From assembly GCF_000150275.1 (NCBI RefSeq), contig NW_002060943.1:12533694-12597693 (forward strand): a stretch of DNA of 64,000 bases. The letters run 5' to 3'. The DNA comes from Trichoplax adhaerens (Eukaryota; Animalia; Placozoa). Under the pieces are notes generated by a model. It was not told the origin of the DNA, did no database searches, and worked only from the letters and a program-made list of their open reading frames with translations. Of this stretch, positions 52,952 through 64,000 are shown in pieces. The position numbers and the translations under genes were made by a program. Each line of letters starts with the position of its first letter. The stretch's first letter is position 1.

Positions 52952-53812
52952 TTAATTTTCATTGCTAGCAAGACGACTGCTCTCCTTCTTCAAAAGCTCT
53001 TCATGCAGTCTGAGTTGCTCTTCAAGTTCCTTTTTATTTTGCAATTTCTTACGCTGTCTTTCCAAATCACGTTCAACACCTACTCTTAGCCTCTAACAGA
53101 TGAGAGAATAATTCGTAAGGTCAAAACAGAGAGATACTATAATTACAAACTATCGAACAAGGAAGGTCTGGGTAAAATTACGAGTTGAATATTTGGATTG
53201 TATACTAAAGCAGATACTTTATTATATAATTCATTAATCTATTCTCCGATTTAAATTTGTGCCATGTTATCTACTCTAAATTCTATACCTTAACATCAAC
53301 CCTATCTTTGAATTACTTCTATGACTGTAAAAATGTATCCATTATTACGGATGTATTTTATAAGGCGCAGTCAAACAATCCATGTGGTCATTATCTTTAA
53401 TAAATTAATGCTTATAACGACAACCATGTCGGCAGTAACCAGCATAGCAAACATTAAAACGTGCAACAACGCATGTGATCACATCTTCTAAATCGACACG
53501 TATAGCGACAACAACACCCGCAGTATCGAGCATAACCAAGGTTCAAAATACCCAATATCAATATCATAATCAGATACAATGTAAGGAAATAATTACTATA
53601 TCATTCTTAACTCATCTATTGATCGAATATTTCCTCAAGTCATTGATGAGACGATTGACAATTGTCTGATGCAACTGCTACCACACCTATCCTTGATCAA
53701 TGATCACGATCAATACCTTTCTATCTTCCTTCTGGCTTAGATAGACTCCTGTTACTATCCCAACAGAGAATAGGCAAGATAATCCGAGAACAACTTTAGC
53801 TCGAGCGGACAT
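52952..53812 (-). CDS. PET117: Cytochrome c oxidase assembly factor PET117 (2 exons: 53717-53812, 52952-53092)
   Basis: MSARAKVVLGLSCLFSVGIVTGVYLSQKEDRK|RLRVGVERDLERQRKKLQNKKELEEQLRLHEEL..* matches the PET117 pattern (KVVLGLS, RLRxGVxRDxERQ); canonical splice sites. Confidence 0.92.
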
Positions 53813-55059
53813 TATTCTTATGCTATAGCATTCAATTTCACTGCAGCAGGCCAGAACTTACATCGGATTTTGTTACTAAAAGAAAGCCAGAAAAATCTGC
53901 AGAGATCTTGCTAAGCAACCGGCTGACGATCCTTCAGCTCAGGTTATACTGTGTTCAGTAAGAGATACAGGGTCTCTTATATACAGTATAGTACAGTATC
54001 GGAAGATAGTGTCAACGAGAAGACTTTTAACTAGGAAGTTTGCAGTGGATGATTCTCATCTTCCACTCGTTCTGACTCTGGCCCGTACTACACGTACAGT
54101 ACCGTACAGTGTACAGTGTACAGTGTGCACTCCACACAGTGTAGTACTGTACACTGTAGTATGGGCTCGAAAGCAACTGCGCAGTTGCACATTTCCAATG
54201 CACCTCTGATGTCCAGTGTGCTGTAGCGTCTAAGACAGCCGTGAAATACCATACAGTAGTAGTATCGATTTTGAAAATTGCAAATCTACACCAAAAGTGC
54301 CAGGTAGACCAGCGAGCGAGTGAGTAAATTGCAAGAAACAGACGCGATAGTAAGCTATGACAGCCATGATGGATCTGTATGGCGCTTAGTGGAGAGGCGA
54401 ATAGAAATGGACGCACTTTCCAGTAGTTGTCAATCAATGGCAAAAATTAAAATCAATATGGCCAGAGTGGAAATAGAGTCAAAATTGGCCATAAAAATGG
54501 CCCGAAAGATTGCTAGCATTAGGCTGTATTGCTAAATTTGCTACCCTAAACTTGCTTTTGAATGTGGTTAAGGCATACGTGCACCTCTAACTTAGCACAT
54601 ACTGGCAACGAATGCCATGGCAACATTGTATCGATGCTTGCATGTTCCAAATGGAGATGGACTCTATCAATTGATATAGTTTGAATTGAATTGAACAGTT
54701 ACTGTTGATGATAAAGAGACTGTCAAAATTGAGTTGATGTGCATCACTTCTGACCGTAACAGTCACGCTACTTTCTCTGACCAAGCAAGACGGGCTTTTA
54801 AAAGTATGGAATGACTCGTAAAATACTTATATGTCGCAAGTTGAGTTGCGCGAAGTCGGATTGCGTACTTGCCATACGACTTTACAACAACTCTTTATGA
54901 TCAACAGACTATAAATTAAACTACTGGCAGTTATCTTCAACTAGACTTTATAAATAATCATTTTATCGCTTTCTTGAGCTAAATAGCATTCGGACAGTAT
55001 GTGCCTCACATATTGCAAATGAAGCCCTGCAAAATCGATCTGTATGATTTCGATCGGAT

Positions 55060-55790
55060 TCTGAAGGATATGATGATAAATGGATCCGATATCAAACTGC
55101 TGAGGAAGACTTTCAACCATTAATTGAATAGTATAGTAAAGTTATATTTCTGAAGAAAAATGTTAATGATAAATGGGTCCGATATCAAACTGCTGAGGGA
55201 GACTTTTATCCATCGATTGAATAGTTTAGTAAAGTTACATTTCTGAAGAAAAGGATTGATGATAAATGCATCCGATATTAAGCTGCTGAGGGATACTTTC
55301 ATCCATCGATCGAATAGTTTAGTAAAGTTACATTTCTGAAGAAAAGGATTGATGATAAATGGATTCGATATCAAACTGCTGAGGGATACTTTCATCCATC
55401 AATTGAATAGTTTAGTAGGTAATATTTCTGAAGAAAAGGATTGATGATAAATGGATCCGATATCAAACTGCTGAGGGATGCTTTCATCCATCAATTGAAT
55501 AGTTTAGTAGGTATTATTTCTGAAGAAAAGGGCTGATGATAAATGGATCCGATATCAAACTGCTGAGGGATACTTTCATCCATCAATTGAATAGTTTAGT
55601 AAAGTTATTATTTCTGAAGTAAAGGGCTGATGATAAATGGATCCGATATCAAACTGCTGAGGGACACTTCAACATTCAATTGAATAGTTTAGTAAAGTTA
55701 CATTTCTAAAGAAAAGGGTTGATGATAAATGGATCCGATATCAAACTGCTGAGGGACACTATCAATCATCAATTGAATAACTTGGTAGAG
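55060..55790. repeat. ~93-bp tandem repeat, 8 copies
   Basis: Unit TGATGATAAATGGATCCGATATCAAACTGCTGAGGGATACTTTCATCCATCAATTGAATAGTTTAGTAAAGTTACATTTCTGAAGAAAAGGAT. Confidence 0.95.
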
Positions 55791-56499
55791 TTAATATATA
55801 CAAGATATTATAGACGAATCAATCTTTCTTATAAACGATGCTATCAGCAAATTGTATTCGTTGCTTAGTGTAAAGTCGATGCCCACTATCGGTCTGTCAT
55901 CAACTTAAGGGGAATAGCTAATATCAATTCCGGAGGGTGAATGCAATCATCCTGGACCGATGCCTTATTAACGATGTTATCTTCAATACACTACTGTTAA
56001 CAGTTTCAAGGTACAATCGCAGAGATATGTCTAATAACTGCCCGCCTGTTATCGTCAAAAGTTCAATAATTAACTATATCAATGACTGTTCGTGATACAA
56101 TCATCTTTGATCGTTGCTTTATTAACGCTGCTGGTTTAACAGAACATAACGCTAAAATTTCCTCGATGGAATCGCCATTAGGAGTTAGATACTATTATGC
56201 GTTCTTCCAGACTGCTAAAGAGAGGACATTTCACGGAGTGACAGCCTGGTATGCGTAATATATTTTGCTTAAAGGTAGAAATTCTGCTGTAGAATAGGTG
56301 CAATTGATTGTACTGAAAGACAAAAGTGGTGATTATCACGAAAAAAGTAACCCGAAATATATTTGTGCTGATGATGCACGAGTAACAAAACTACTTTGTT
56401 GACAAACAATTAAGACGAGCAATAACTGCCGTACAATAAGCGATACTTGGACATAATTCTGTAAAGACGACTTTGTTTATTTTCTTGCATATGCTAACT

Positions 56500-58579
56500 C
56501 TAAAACTGGTGTTTTGAGCGAAGTCTTCGATATGGACGTTTCTCTGGATTGGCATTACGAATGTCGACGCCTGTGCTAATCATATTCCATATTATATATA
56601 CCATAAAAATAAGCAGGATTCGAGTCCAATAGGAATAGTGGCCATTTTCTGAAGCAGCTTCTTGTTCTGCTTCATCTATTTCTTGGGAAGCTAGTACCAG
56701 GTCAGGTGCAGCCTCTTTCTTTGGTTCTACAAGTTGTTCCAATTGATCAGAAATTTGTGGCAACAATTTATTCCAAAGATGAACAAATTTTATTCTGTAA
56801 CCATGGTGGATACTTGAATTAATCCCAGAAATGACCAAAATTGGCTGTTTTGAATCCTCATACCTCGGCCAGTGTGCTATTTCGTTATTAGGCTTACTGT
56901 AAAATAAAAAAGATATTATCATACTACACAGTTCAATTATTGCAGATACCATGGACGACTAAATATATCTAGCAGTTCATGATGATACCAGAATATAAAA
57001 ATAGGAGTATTTCTAGTTTACAATTTAATTCATCATCATCTAACATGTATCCAATCCATTACCCTGAACGTATAAATTCACTCCAATACTTAATGCTCTG
57101 ATGTAAAAGTGTAGGACTATATTGATTTAGGACCGGCACTCGCTTAAAGTAATTAACCGGGTTACCAAATAAATACACCATTTCAAATGGAATATCGGAG
57201 TTGGGAGATGTATCATCACCAAGCGAACTATCAACTAGATGATCTAAAATATAAAAGTAAGTCGATAAACCAAAATTGGCAAAATGATTTGCGCAAAACA
57301 CTGCCGGAAGGAGTATATTCCTATCGGTATTTAAGTACGTTATAGAAGTTTGCATAGGTGCTTTCCCGTGTTTATCTGTATAGCGGCCGTATGCATGAGC
57401 TATCAAAGGTTTAAATGGTGAAGATGGATCTATATAACGTGAAAGATGTTGAGTGAAATCATCGCTATCATCACTTTCATGTTTGGATTTATTACTATGA
57501 TTTGTGACAGCAAGTGCAAGGTGAGAATCTTGAGATAAACCAATCATAATATTTGCTTTATAAAATCGCCCCTGCTGTATCATTTTATCCGCTTTATCTG
57601 GAATACTGCGACCATCGATGACAGGTAAAAACTGCCAACTTGGGTTCTCTTTTACTAGCTGATCTTCCATTTTTAACAATGATCGCATGGTCATATTCTG
57701 AAATTGAACTAAAATCTCATTCATCGTCTCAGTGATAGAATCATTTACAGCAGAGCGTCCGGTTGAATTTGCCATGCGTAATACCATATCTAGCATTCTA
57801 TCTTCTTCAATATAGTGAAAACCATTTTCATTAAGCGGTGTACCACTTTGTAGTAAACATTGCTGGAATAATCCTCTACTGTTCGGAGAGAGTAAATGAA
57901 GCATTGTCATAGCTGAACCATGATCATATCCGCCTAAAGTTATTTTCTCCGTATTACCACCGAAATCACGAATAGTGTGAAAGATCCAATTTAAAGCCAT
58001 TTGTTGATCTAAAAGAGCGAGATTATAGACTAGTTCATCATCACCTGTGCCGTCTTTTTTGCCAATGGTAGGCAGAAAGCCAAATATACCACGTCTATAA
58101 CTCACTGTTATAACGATAATCTCTTCTTCTTGTACTAGCCGACGGCTTGATCGCCACGATGGATGCGTGTAGTCGTTATAAACATCACCTAGCCAAATCA
58201 AAACTGGTAACAACGTAGACGTATTAATCTCAGGAGTGTAAATACTCAAGTATAAGCAATCTTCGTTCTGAGTTGACAACCCTGATGAAGAAGAAAATGG
58301 TTTTGATCGTTGAGGACATAATGCTGGCGAAGTAGTTGCTTCGAAGGGATTCATCCATTCTTCAGAATAAGGTACTGGAGGCTTAAATCGTAATTTATTG
58401 ATTGGTGGTTGCGCGTATGGAATACCTAAAAATTCGTAGGAAAATTTACCTTTAGCACCGTATACAACATTGCCGCGAATTGGACCTCTCGATGTTGAAA
58501 TGAGTATCGTATTTCGAGCGGCTTCAATTTGGTGCATAACGATCAGACAAAAGATAAAACTGAAAAATTGATTCGCCAT
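56500..58579 (-). CDS. Non-catalytic carboxylesterase/cholinesterase-like type I membrane protein (neuroligin-like); exons 57063-58579 and 56500-56896
   Basis: Signal peptide, FLGIPYAQPP..LRFKPP, EDCLYLSIYTP, YRRGIFGFL, NLALLDQ..AL.W..FGG, PVIDG, YWSEFIRSG|KPN, WPRY; TM ILLIFMVYIIWNMI. The nucleophile elbow reads GYDHG instead of GxSxG. Confidence 0.9.
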
Positions 58580-61500
58580 ATTGTACAATCACCCGCTTCA
58601 AATTGAAGACAAGCGATGAAGAAATGTAAATAAGCTAAACTCAGAGTAGGCTGCGAGAAAATTGGATATTAGTCTGCTGCATGAGAAAGCCAGATGGCTA
58701 TAATGAATTAATCATTAGTTTGTATCAGAATTGGAACTTATGGTGTAATAACAAAATGATTATTAAACGACTGAAAGAAAAGATAATTAAATTAAGCGTT
58801 TCAACTACCGCACAATCCCCACCACGAATGTACTCGTATTTAAGATCTACTTAAAATGAAATGATCTCAACTTACTATAACTGCTGTTCAATAAGTCTTT
58901 TGCTAGCTACTCTATAATTAATGTCTTCCTAATTTATGCCATTTGCTTTTTTTTGTTCAGAGTCAGCTTGAACTTTAAAAATTGGGTCATTGATTGATTC
59001 GATAAAATTGTTTACTATTGTAGCAAAAATTGTTAGAGACATATCGTTGGAATTAAAAATCAGGCACCAAGGATAGACTCTAACTTTCCTTGGTGGGAAC
59101 AAATCCTCTAGCTTTATCATGGAATAAATAGCAATGCTACCTTACTTTCACCGTGTCTAAATCTCCCAAAACGCCAATTTATTAGTAACATGCTGCTTCT
59201 CGATCCGAGTGGAGAAAAGTACTGACCCTTCTGTTCTTGGTCAAGAAACAAAATAGCTTCATACTAATGAAATAAAGCTATTAGTCATTTTTCTAATTAA
59301 GAACACAGCTATCATTTAAAATATCTATCTTTAAATTACAGTAGCTTACATAAAATATTTCTTTACTTTCCCAAGTACGTAAATATTTCGGACAAATTAA
59401 AAATTACAACTGACGCTATAGTCTGATAAAAAGAGTAGTTACATCATCTACACCATAGAGGTAAAGGCCTTTCTTTTACCTCCACGACCCAAACAGTCAT
59501 GATGTTGGCAATGTGGAGAAATCTTACGTGAAGAAAATTATAGAAATTACTGCATTTATAACATGGAAACTGCTACAACATCGTTTAGGAATAATTCTCA
59601 GATGAGAGTTTCCAAAAAGAAATGCAACTGCACACTATCATTTAATATGGATTTATTAGGTTGCCACAAACAGCAATTTAGACTGCTCGTTCCATCTGTC
59701 ATGAAACTGAAGCAGTTTTGACAAATGACAAAAATGGACAGCATGAAGCCAAACGGAATCATTTAATTAAATGAAATTGTATATCATAACTTATAGACTT
59801 GAAAGCATGAAATGCTTTAAAATAGAGACTTTAAATTATTTGGCGTATCATTTCGAAATGGATGAGCAAGTTCAAGATTTGTTACAAGGTTTACTGACTT
59901 AAAATGGTTCGCTAGAATGAAAGGATTTTGTTTCAATTTTAATTTTAGTATTCATTAACTAGATCAAATAATACAAATATACAGCTAACACAATAACATT
60001 TTATAACAGAACTTTTAAAACTTTGTCATTTTGGACACAAAAATAAAATAAGTTATATGGATATGATAACGTAATGATTTCTAGACAAGTTAAACAGAGT
60101 AATATTGTTTTCTGCTTTACGAAACTTTAGCTCTATTTGTACCTTGCCTTTCGCGAAATATTGGCATGAATGTGTTTTGCGACGATGTCATTAATAATAT
60201 AAGTTCTAAACTTTTTATAAATTTTAAAGAAGATTGTTCTTAAAGAAGTATCAGGAAGAGAAGATAATTTGAAATAAAAATGATTCAAATGGCAGCTGCT
60301 ATTGTAATATGGCGTATGAAGCAAGGGCATCATGGCGGCTTTGGCTTTATATCGATTCTTTTGTGATTTTATTTTAGCAGGAAGATTTTACGCTTTGATC
60401 TACGCATCCAACCGGCAGCAGAAGTTCATTGATCTTGATATATTGGTATTTTACCCATATAATTTTATTGCTACAGGAGCGGCAATCATTTTTTTCCTTT
60501 GTTTATTCTGCATAAATGAAGCGAAACATGGTTAAAATGGAATATGAAATGAGGTTATTTGTTTTGCTCTAGTAATTGTAAGCCTTTCCTATCGTGATTG
60601 TATTACTAGCGGTTTAAAAGAGTCAAATTTCAATAGTAAACAGCCTCAAATGATCACTAAAAATCAATTTAAAGTGAAAATGATACGAAAAAGACATTGC
60701 TGGTTCTCTCGGTGGGCTATATGTTGACTATTCGTCATCCTGAATTAATCATACGTTAGGATGTTATTATGACTATGTTGCTGATGATACTTTTGATATT
60801 TGCTAGTTAAATTACTATCGACTGAAAATAGGCCTTTCCTGATTCTAGAGCATGTCAGATGAGTAAAATGTTTCCTTTGAGGGATTTATGTGGATTTTTG
60901 TTGTTCAGGAAGAAATGAAATTAAAAATAAGCTCAAACTATCTGCTATAAAGGACCATTTGGATTTGGATTTTGAATGGCAAAATTGTCAAAAATGCAAT
61001 TATCTATAGGTCAAAGTAAACAGTAGTGATAACAAATGGCTATGGGCTAATTCATCATTATATGGTACAACGGATGAATCCTATGTGGTGTTATCCACTG
61101 CGATTCGCCATTTTAAAGAATGACAACGGCTGCTCTATCTATAATTTCTTAATGATGGCTACAAAATATTTGAGCTAATGTTGTACTAAAACTATTGAAT
61201 GAATTGCTACATAATTCATTTGAAATAGTTGAACTCTTGTTTACGTAGATAATAATGAAGACTATTCTCTTAAACATTTTTTCTTAATTGCCACAGAATA
61301 GCTGAACAAATATAGTATTATAGCTAAAACAATTCCTTAGATATTATATCAAACAATTTCATTATGACTGCCAAAGAACACGGTAGTTCAACTCTTATTT
61401 CGTCCTGCTATATGGTACTAGGCTAACGATGATGGCTATTCTATCCAAAATTACTACTTGGTTGCTATAAAATAGTTCTACCAATTTTTTGCCAAGATTA

Positions 61501-61879
61501 TGGTCTTACCAAGGCTATTCTGTAGTAAATGTCTTCAAGATTGTTACACATTACAGTACTTAATAATATTTTGCTAAAAGAACTGCTTATGTCTGTAAAA
61601 GGATACTATAAGAACTTGTCATTCTTCTCATTCTTTTACAATTAAATGGTAAGTACAGTTTAACTCTATAAGTTGTTTACTTGCCATCATTTATAATTAA
61701 CTTGTAAAATAGTTCGATCTGTAACAGAAGAATTTAAAGGAATACACGATACTACGACTTTATCAAGTAGATACCTTGAGAAAAGACTTCAATTATGTTA
61801 CAGTAGAGGTAATGTTGACAGCCTAATAATTTTTTTTTCATATGATGAAAGCCGGCAAGTCCAATTTTAGACGCATAAA

Positions 61880-62130
61880 TCAAGGAAGTTTGGCGCAATA
61901 AAGTCCAGTTGAAAGTTTAGAGGTGTAAATAAAGGAAAATGAGCTCAGTAAACCGATGTCTATTTCAAATTTTACAAGTGCAAATGAAGGAAATAGAGCT
62001 CTACAAACTAATGTCCAGTTTCAATTTTACCACCGTAAACTAAGGAAGTTGAGCTCAATAAATGAAGACTCAATTTAAAATTTTTAAGTCTAAATTGAGG
62101 AAAATTAGCTGTATAAACTGATATTCATCT
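61880..62130. repeat. Degenerate ~55-bp tandem repeat, ~5 copies
   Basis: AAGGAAnnnGAGCTCnnTAAA anchors at ~61882, 61932, 61987, 62042 and 62097. Confidence 0.6.
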
Positions 62131-62321
62131 TTGATGGCTCATGATGATATCAATCTATTGGTGTTCTACGCGTCCATCGCAAAATTTATTTTTTTAAAAT
62201 CACTTGCCGGGAAAATTAAGATCCAACTTAGGAAATGACTATTATTGCCACATTTTACAGCTTAAGGAGTAAATGATTAAAAATCATTTGAGAATATCTT
62301 AATTTCACCAATTAAGGGCCA

Positions 62322-63875
62322 TCATCTAAGATACTCACCTAGATATGACCATAACTCGGCAAAAATCCAAGTGGAAAATAGTGTATTTACTTTATGATTT
62401 AATTCAGTAGTACCTGGTGATGGCCCTTCCGTCAATGCGTCTGGTAGAATGTTAGGATCTTCCTGTTGTAATCGTTTGGCGATGTTAAACGACTTTTGCC
62501 TCATCATTGAAGCTTCGTCATCTTTTTGCTGTTTCTCGTAGGCATTGGACATATTCTGATAGACTATTCCAACGATCGTATGATTCTCGGTGTATAAGTT
62601 TAGATAGATATCGAGTGCTTTATTGTACATAATCAGAGCATCGTCAACGCGATTTTGGTAAGATAATACTAATCCTAAATTATTGTATAACTGAGCAACA
62701 TCGGCAAGCTTGTCTCCGTTTACTTTCAGTTGAATCTTTAGGGAATTTTCATACATGAAGAAAGCTTTATCGCAATTATATTGGTGACGATAGATGTCAC
62801 CGATACTAGTGTATGAATGAGCCACCTCTAGATGATTTTCTCCGTATAGTTTGAGACGAATTTTTAGAGCTTTGCCAAACATGGAGAGAGCTTCTTTATA
62901 GGCAAATTGACGACAATGGATATCTCCCATATCATGGTATAACTGAGCAACATTGGAATGTTGGCATTCTTGTAATTTAAGTCGGATATTGAGCGCCTTT
63001 TGATGCATAGACAGAGCAAGTTCATATTGGCCTTGATGACGATAGGCTATTCCTATATTGTGGTAAGAATTGGCAATATCGAGAGGATTCTCACTTGCTC
63101 GTTCCGATTGAATACTTAACGCTTTTTCATACATTGAAATAGCTTTATCATACATTGATTGATTATCGTAAACTAGCCCGATATTATAGTATGAATGAGC
63201 TACACTGTCGTGTTTTTCTCCAAAAATTTCCACTCCAATATCGATCTTTTTTTGATACATGAGGAGAGCATCATCGTACTTTGATTGCTGAAAATAAACG
63301 TTTCCCATTTTCTGATAAATTTCGGCAACATCGGCATGATTCTCTCCGAGTTTGCTTAATTTAATAGGTAAAGCTTTTTGATACATTATAAGGGCATTGT
63401 CATAGGCATCTTGATCGTAATAGAGACAACCAAGAAGGAAATACGAGGTAGAAATTTCAAGATTGTCTTCATTTTGTAGTATTTCCTTCTTCATTTTCAG
63501 AGACTGGCCGAAATCTTCTATTGCTAAGTCGAATTGCCCCTGTAATCTCTTGCTTTCACCTTGTCTGTCTAGAATTCGAGCAAGTCCTAGATCGTCCGTC
63601 AACTTTTGGGCAATTTTGGAAATTTTTTGACATACTTGATTGACTTTCTTGTGTTTACATTCCTTTATGTAAGTATCAGCAATCTGAAGGTAAATTTCCA
63701 ACTGTACTTGATTGGAATCATTTGTGCGCGCGGGTAAATGTTGATGGTGGGAAAGAGCTCGTCGATAATATTTTCGAGCTTGTCGATAATCTCCATGAGT
63801 AAAACAACTTTGGCCCGCCCGACATAAAAATTCTATTTCTTCGCCAATCTCTGATTTATTTGCTGAATTTCCCAT
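62322..63875 (-). CDS. TPR protein (KLC/NPHP3-type 42-aa repeats), diverged paralogue of 26195-27724
   Basis: 517-aa ORF with repeats of GENHxxVAxSYxNIGxVYxxQxxYDxALxMYxKALxI. AG|GTGAGT donor at ~62338 suggests further 3' exons. Confidence 0.9.
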   Translation of the reverse strand: MGNSANKSEIGEEIEFLCRAGQSCFTHGDYRQARKYYRRALSHHQHLPARTNDSNQVQLEIYLQIADTYIKECKHKKVNQVCQKISKIAQKLTDDLGLARILDRQGESKRLQGQFDLAIEDFGQSLKMKKEILQNEDNLEISTSYFLLGCLYYDQDAYDNALIMYQKALPIKLSKLGENHADVAEIYQKMGNVYFQQSKYDDALLMYQKKIDIGVEIFGEKHDSVAHSYYNIGLVYDNQSMYDKAISMYEKALSIQSERASENPLDIANSYHNIGIAYRHQGQYELALSMHQKALNIRLKLQECQHSNVAQLYHDMGDIHCRQFAYKEALSMFGKALKIRLKLYGENHLEVAHSYTSIGDIYRHQYNCDKAFFMYENSLKIQLKVNGDKLADVAQLYNNLGLVLSYQNRVDDALIMYNKALDIYLNLYTENHTIVGIVYQNMSNAYEKQQKDDEASMMRQKSFNIAKRLQQEDPNILPDALTEGPSPGTTELNHKVNTLFSTWIFAELWSYLGEYLR

Positions 63876-64000
63876 TAAAAATATGGGGACTGAGATGGTG
63901 ATTGCTCTGTTTTAATACAAGACTTTTCTTTCTTGGATCGTAATAACAAACTGAAAGTGGTGAAAATTTTTCACCTTCAATCTCTCAAGCAATGAATAAT

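Noticed and set aside
59000-61550. Possible decayed C-type lectin or membrane-protein gene on the + strand
   Set aside because: Only scattered words (ARSIC..AVL, KWLWANSS) among many stops; insufficient without a search.

Overview
AT-rich, intron-containing animal genomic DNA with three N gaps. Gene content, short introns and the KLC/NPHP3-type TPR family suggest a placozoan such as Trichoplax; this is an inference. The left ~31 kb looks like a rapidly turning-over death-fold/immune-type locus. It holds (1) a truncated, frameshifted TTC27 fragment running directly into (2) a Roc-COR-Zn-ribbon-Death (Roco) gene with three lesions. Converging on it is (3) a multi-exon PIDD/UNC5CL-like gene, ZU5(HFS)-UPA-DD-DD with a C-terminal membrane anchor. 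That gene is partly duplicated, and its introns carry a solo LTR (empty site also visible) and decayed LRR exons. Next is (4) a TPR gene with homogenised 126-bp repeats and a hypervariable di-codon, whose 3' end is joined to the second ZU5 copy. Two of these death domains, plus a decayed one at 41.3-41.8 kb, share a W-x2-LA-x2-[L*]DP-x-I signature. The right half holds conserved genes (JKAMP, PPM1A/B-type PP2C, PET117), a non-catalytic neuroligin-like esterase and a second TPR gene. It also has several tandem arrays, including a 31-bp satellite, a hairpin array carrying captured PP2C exon pieces, and a 93-bp array with C/D-box-like motifs. All exon models and homologies were read by eye; no database searches were run.
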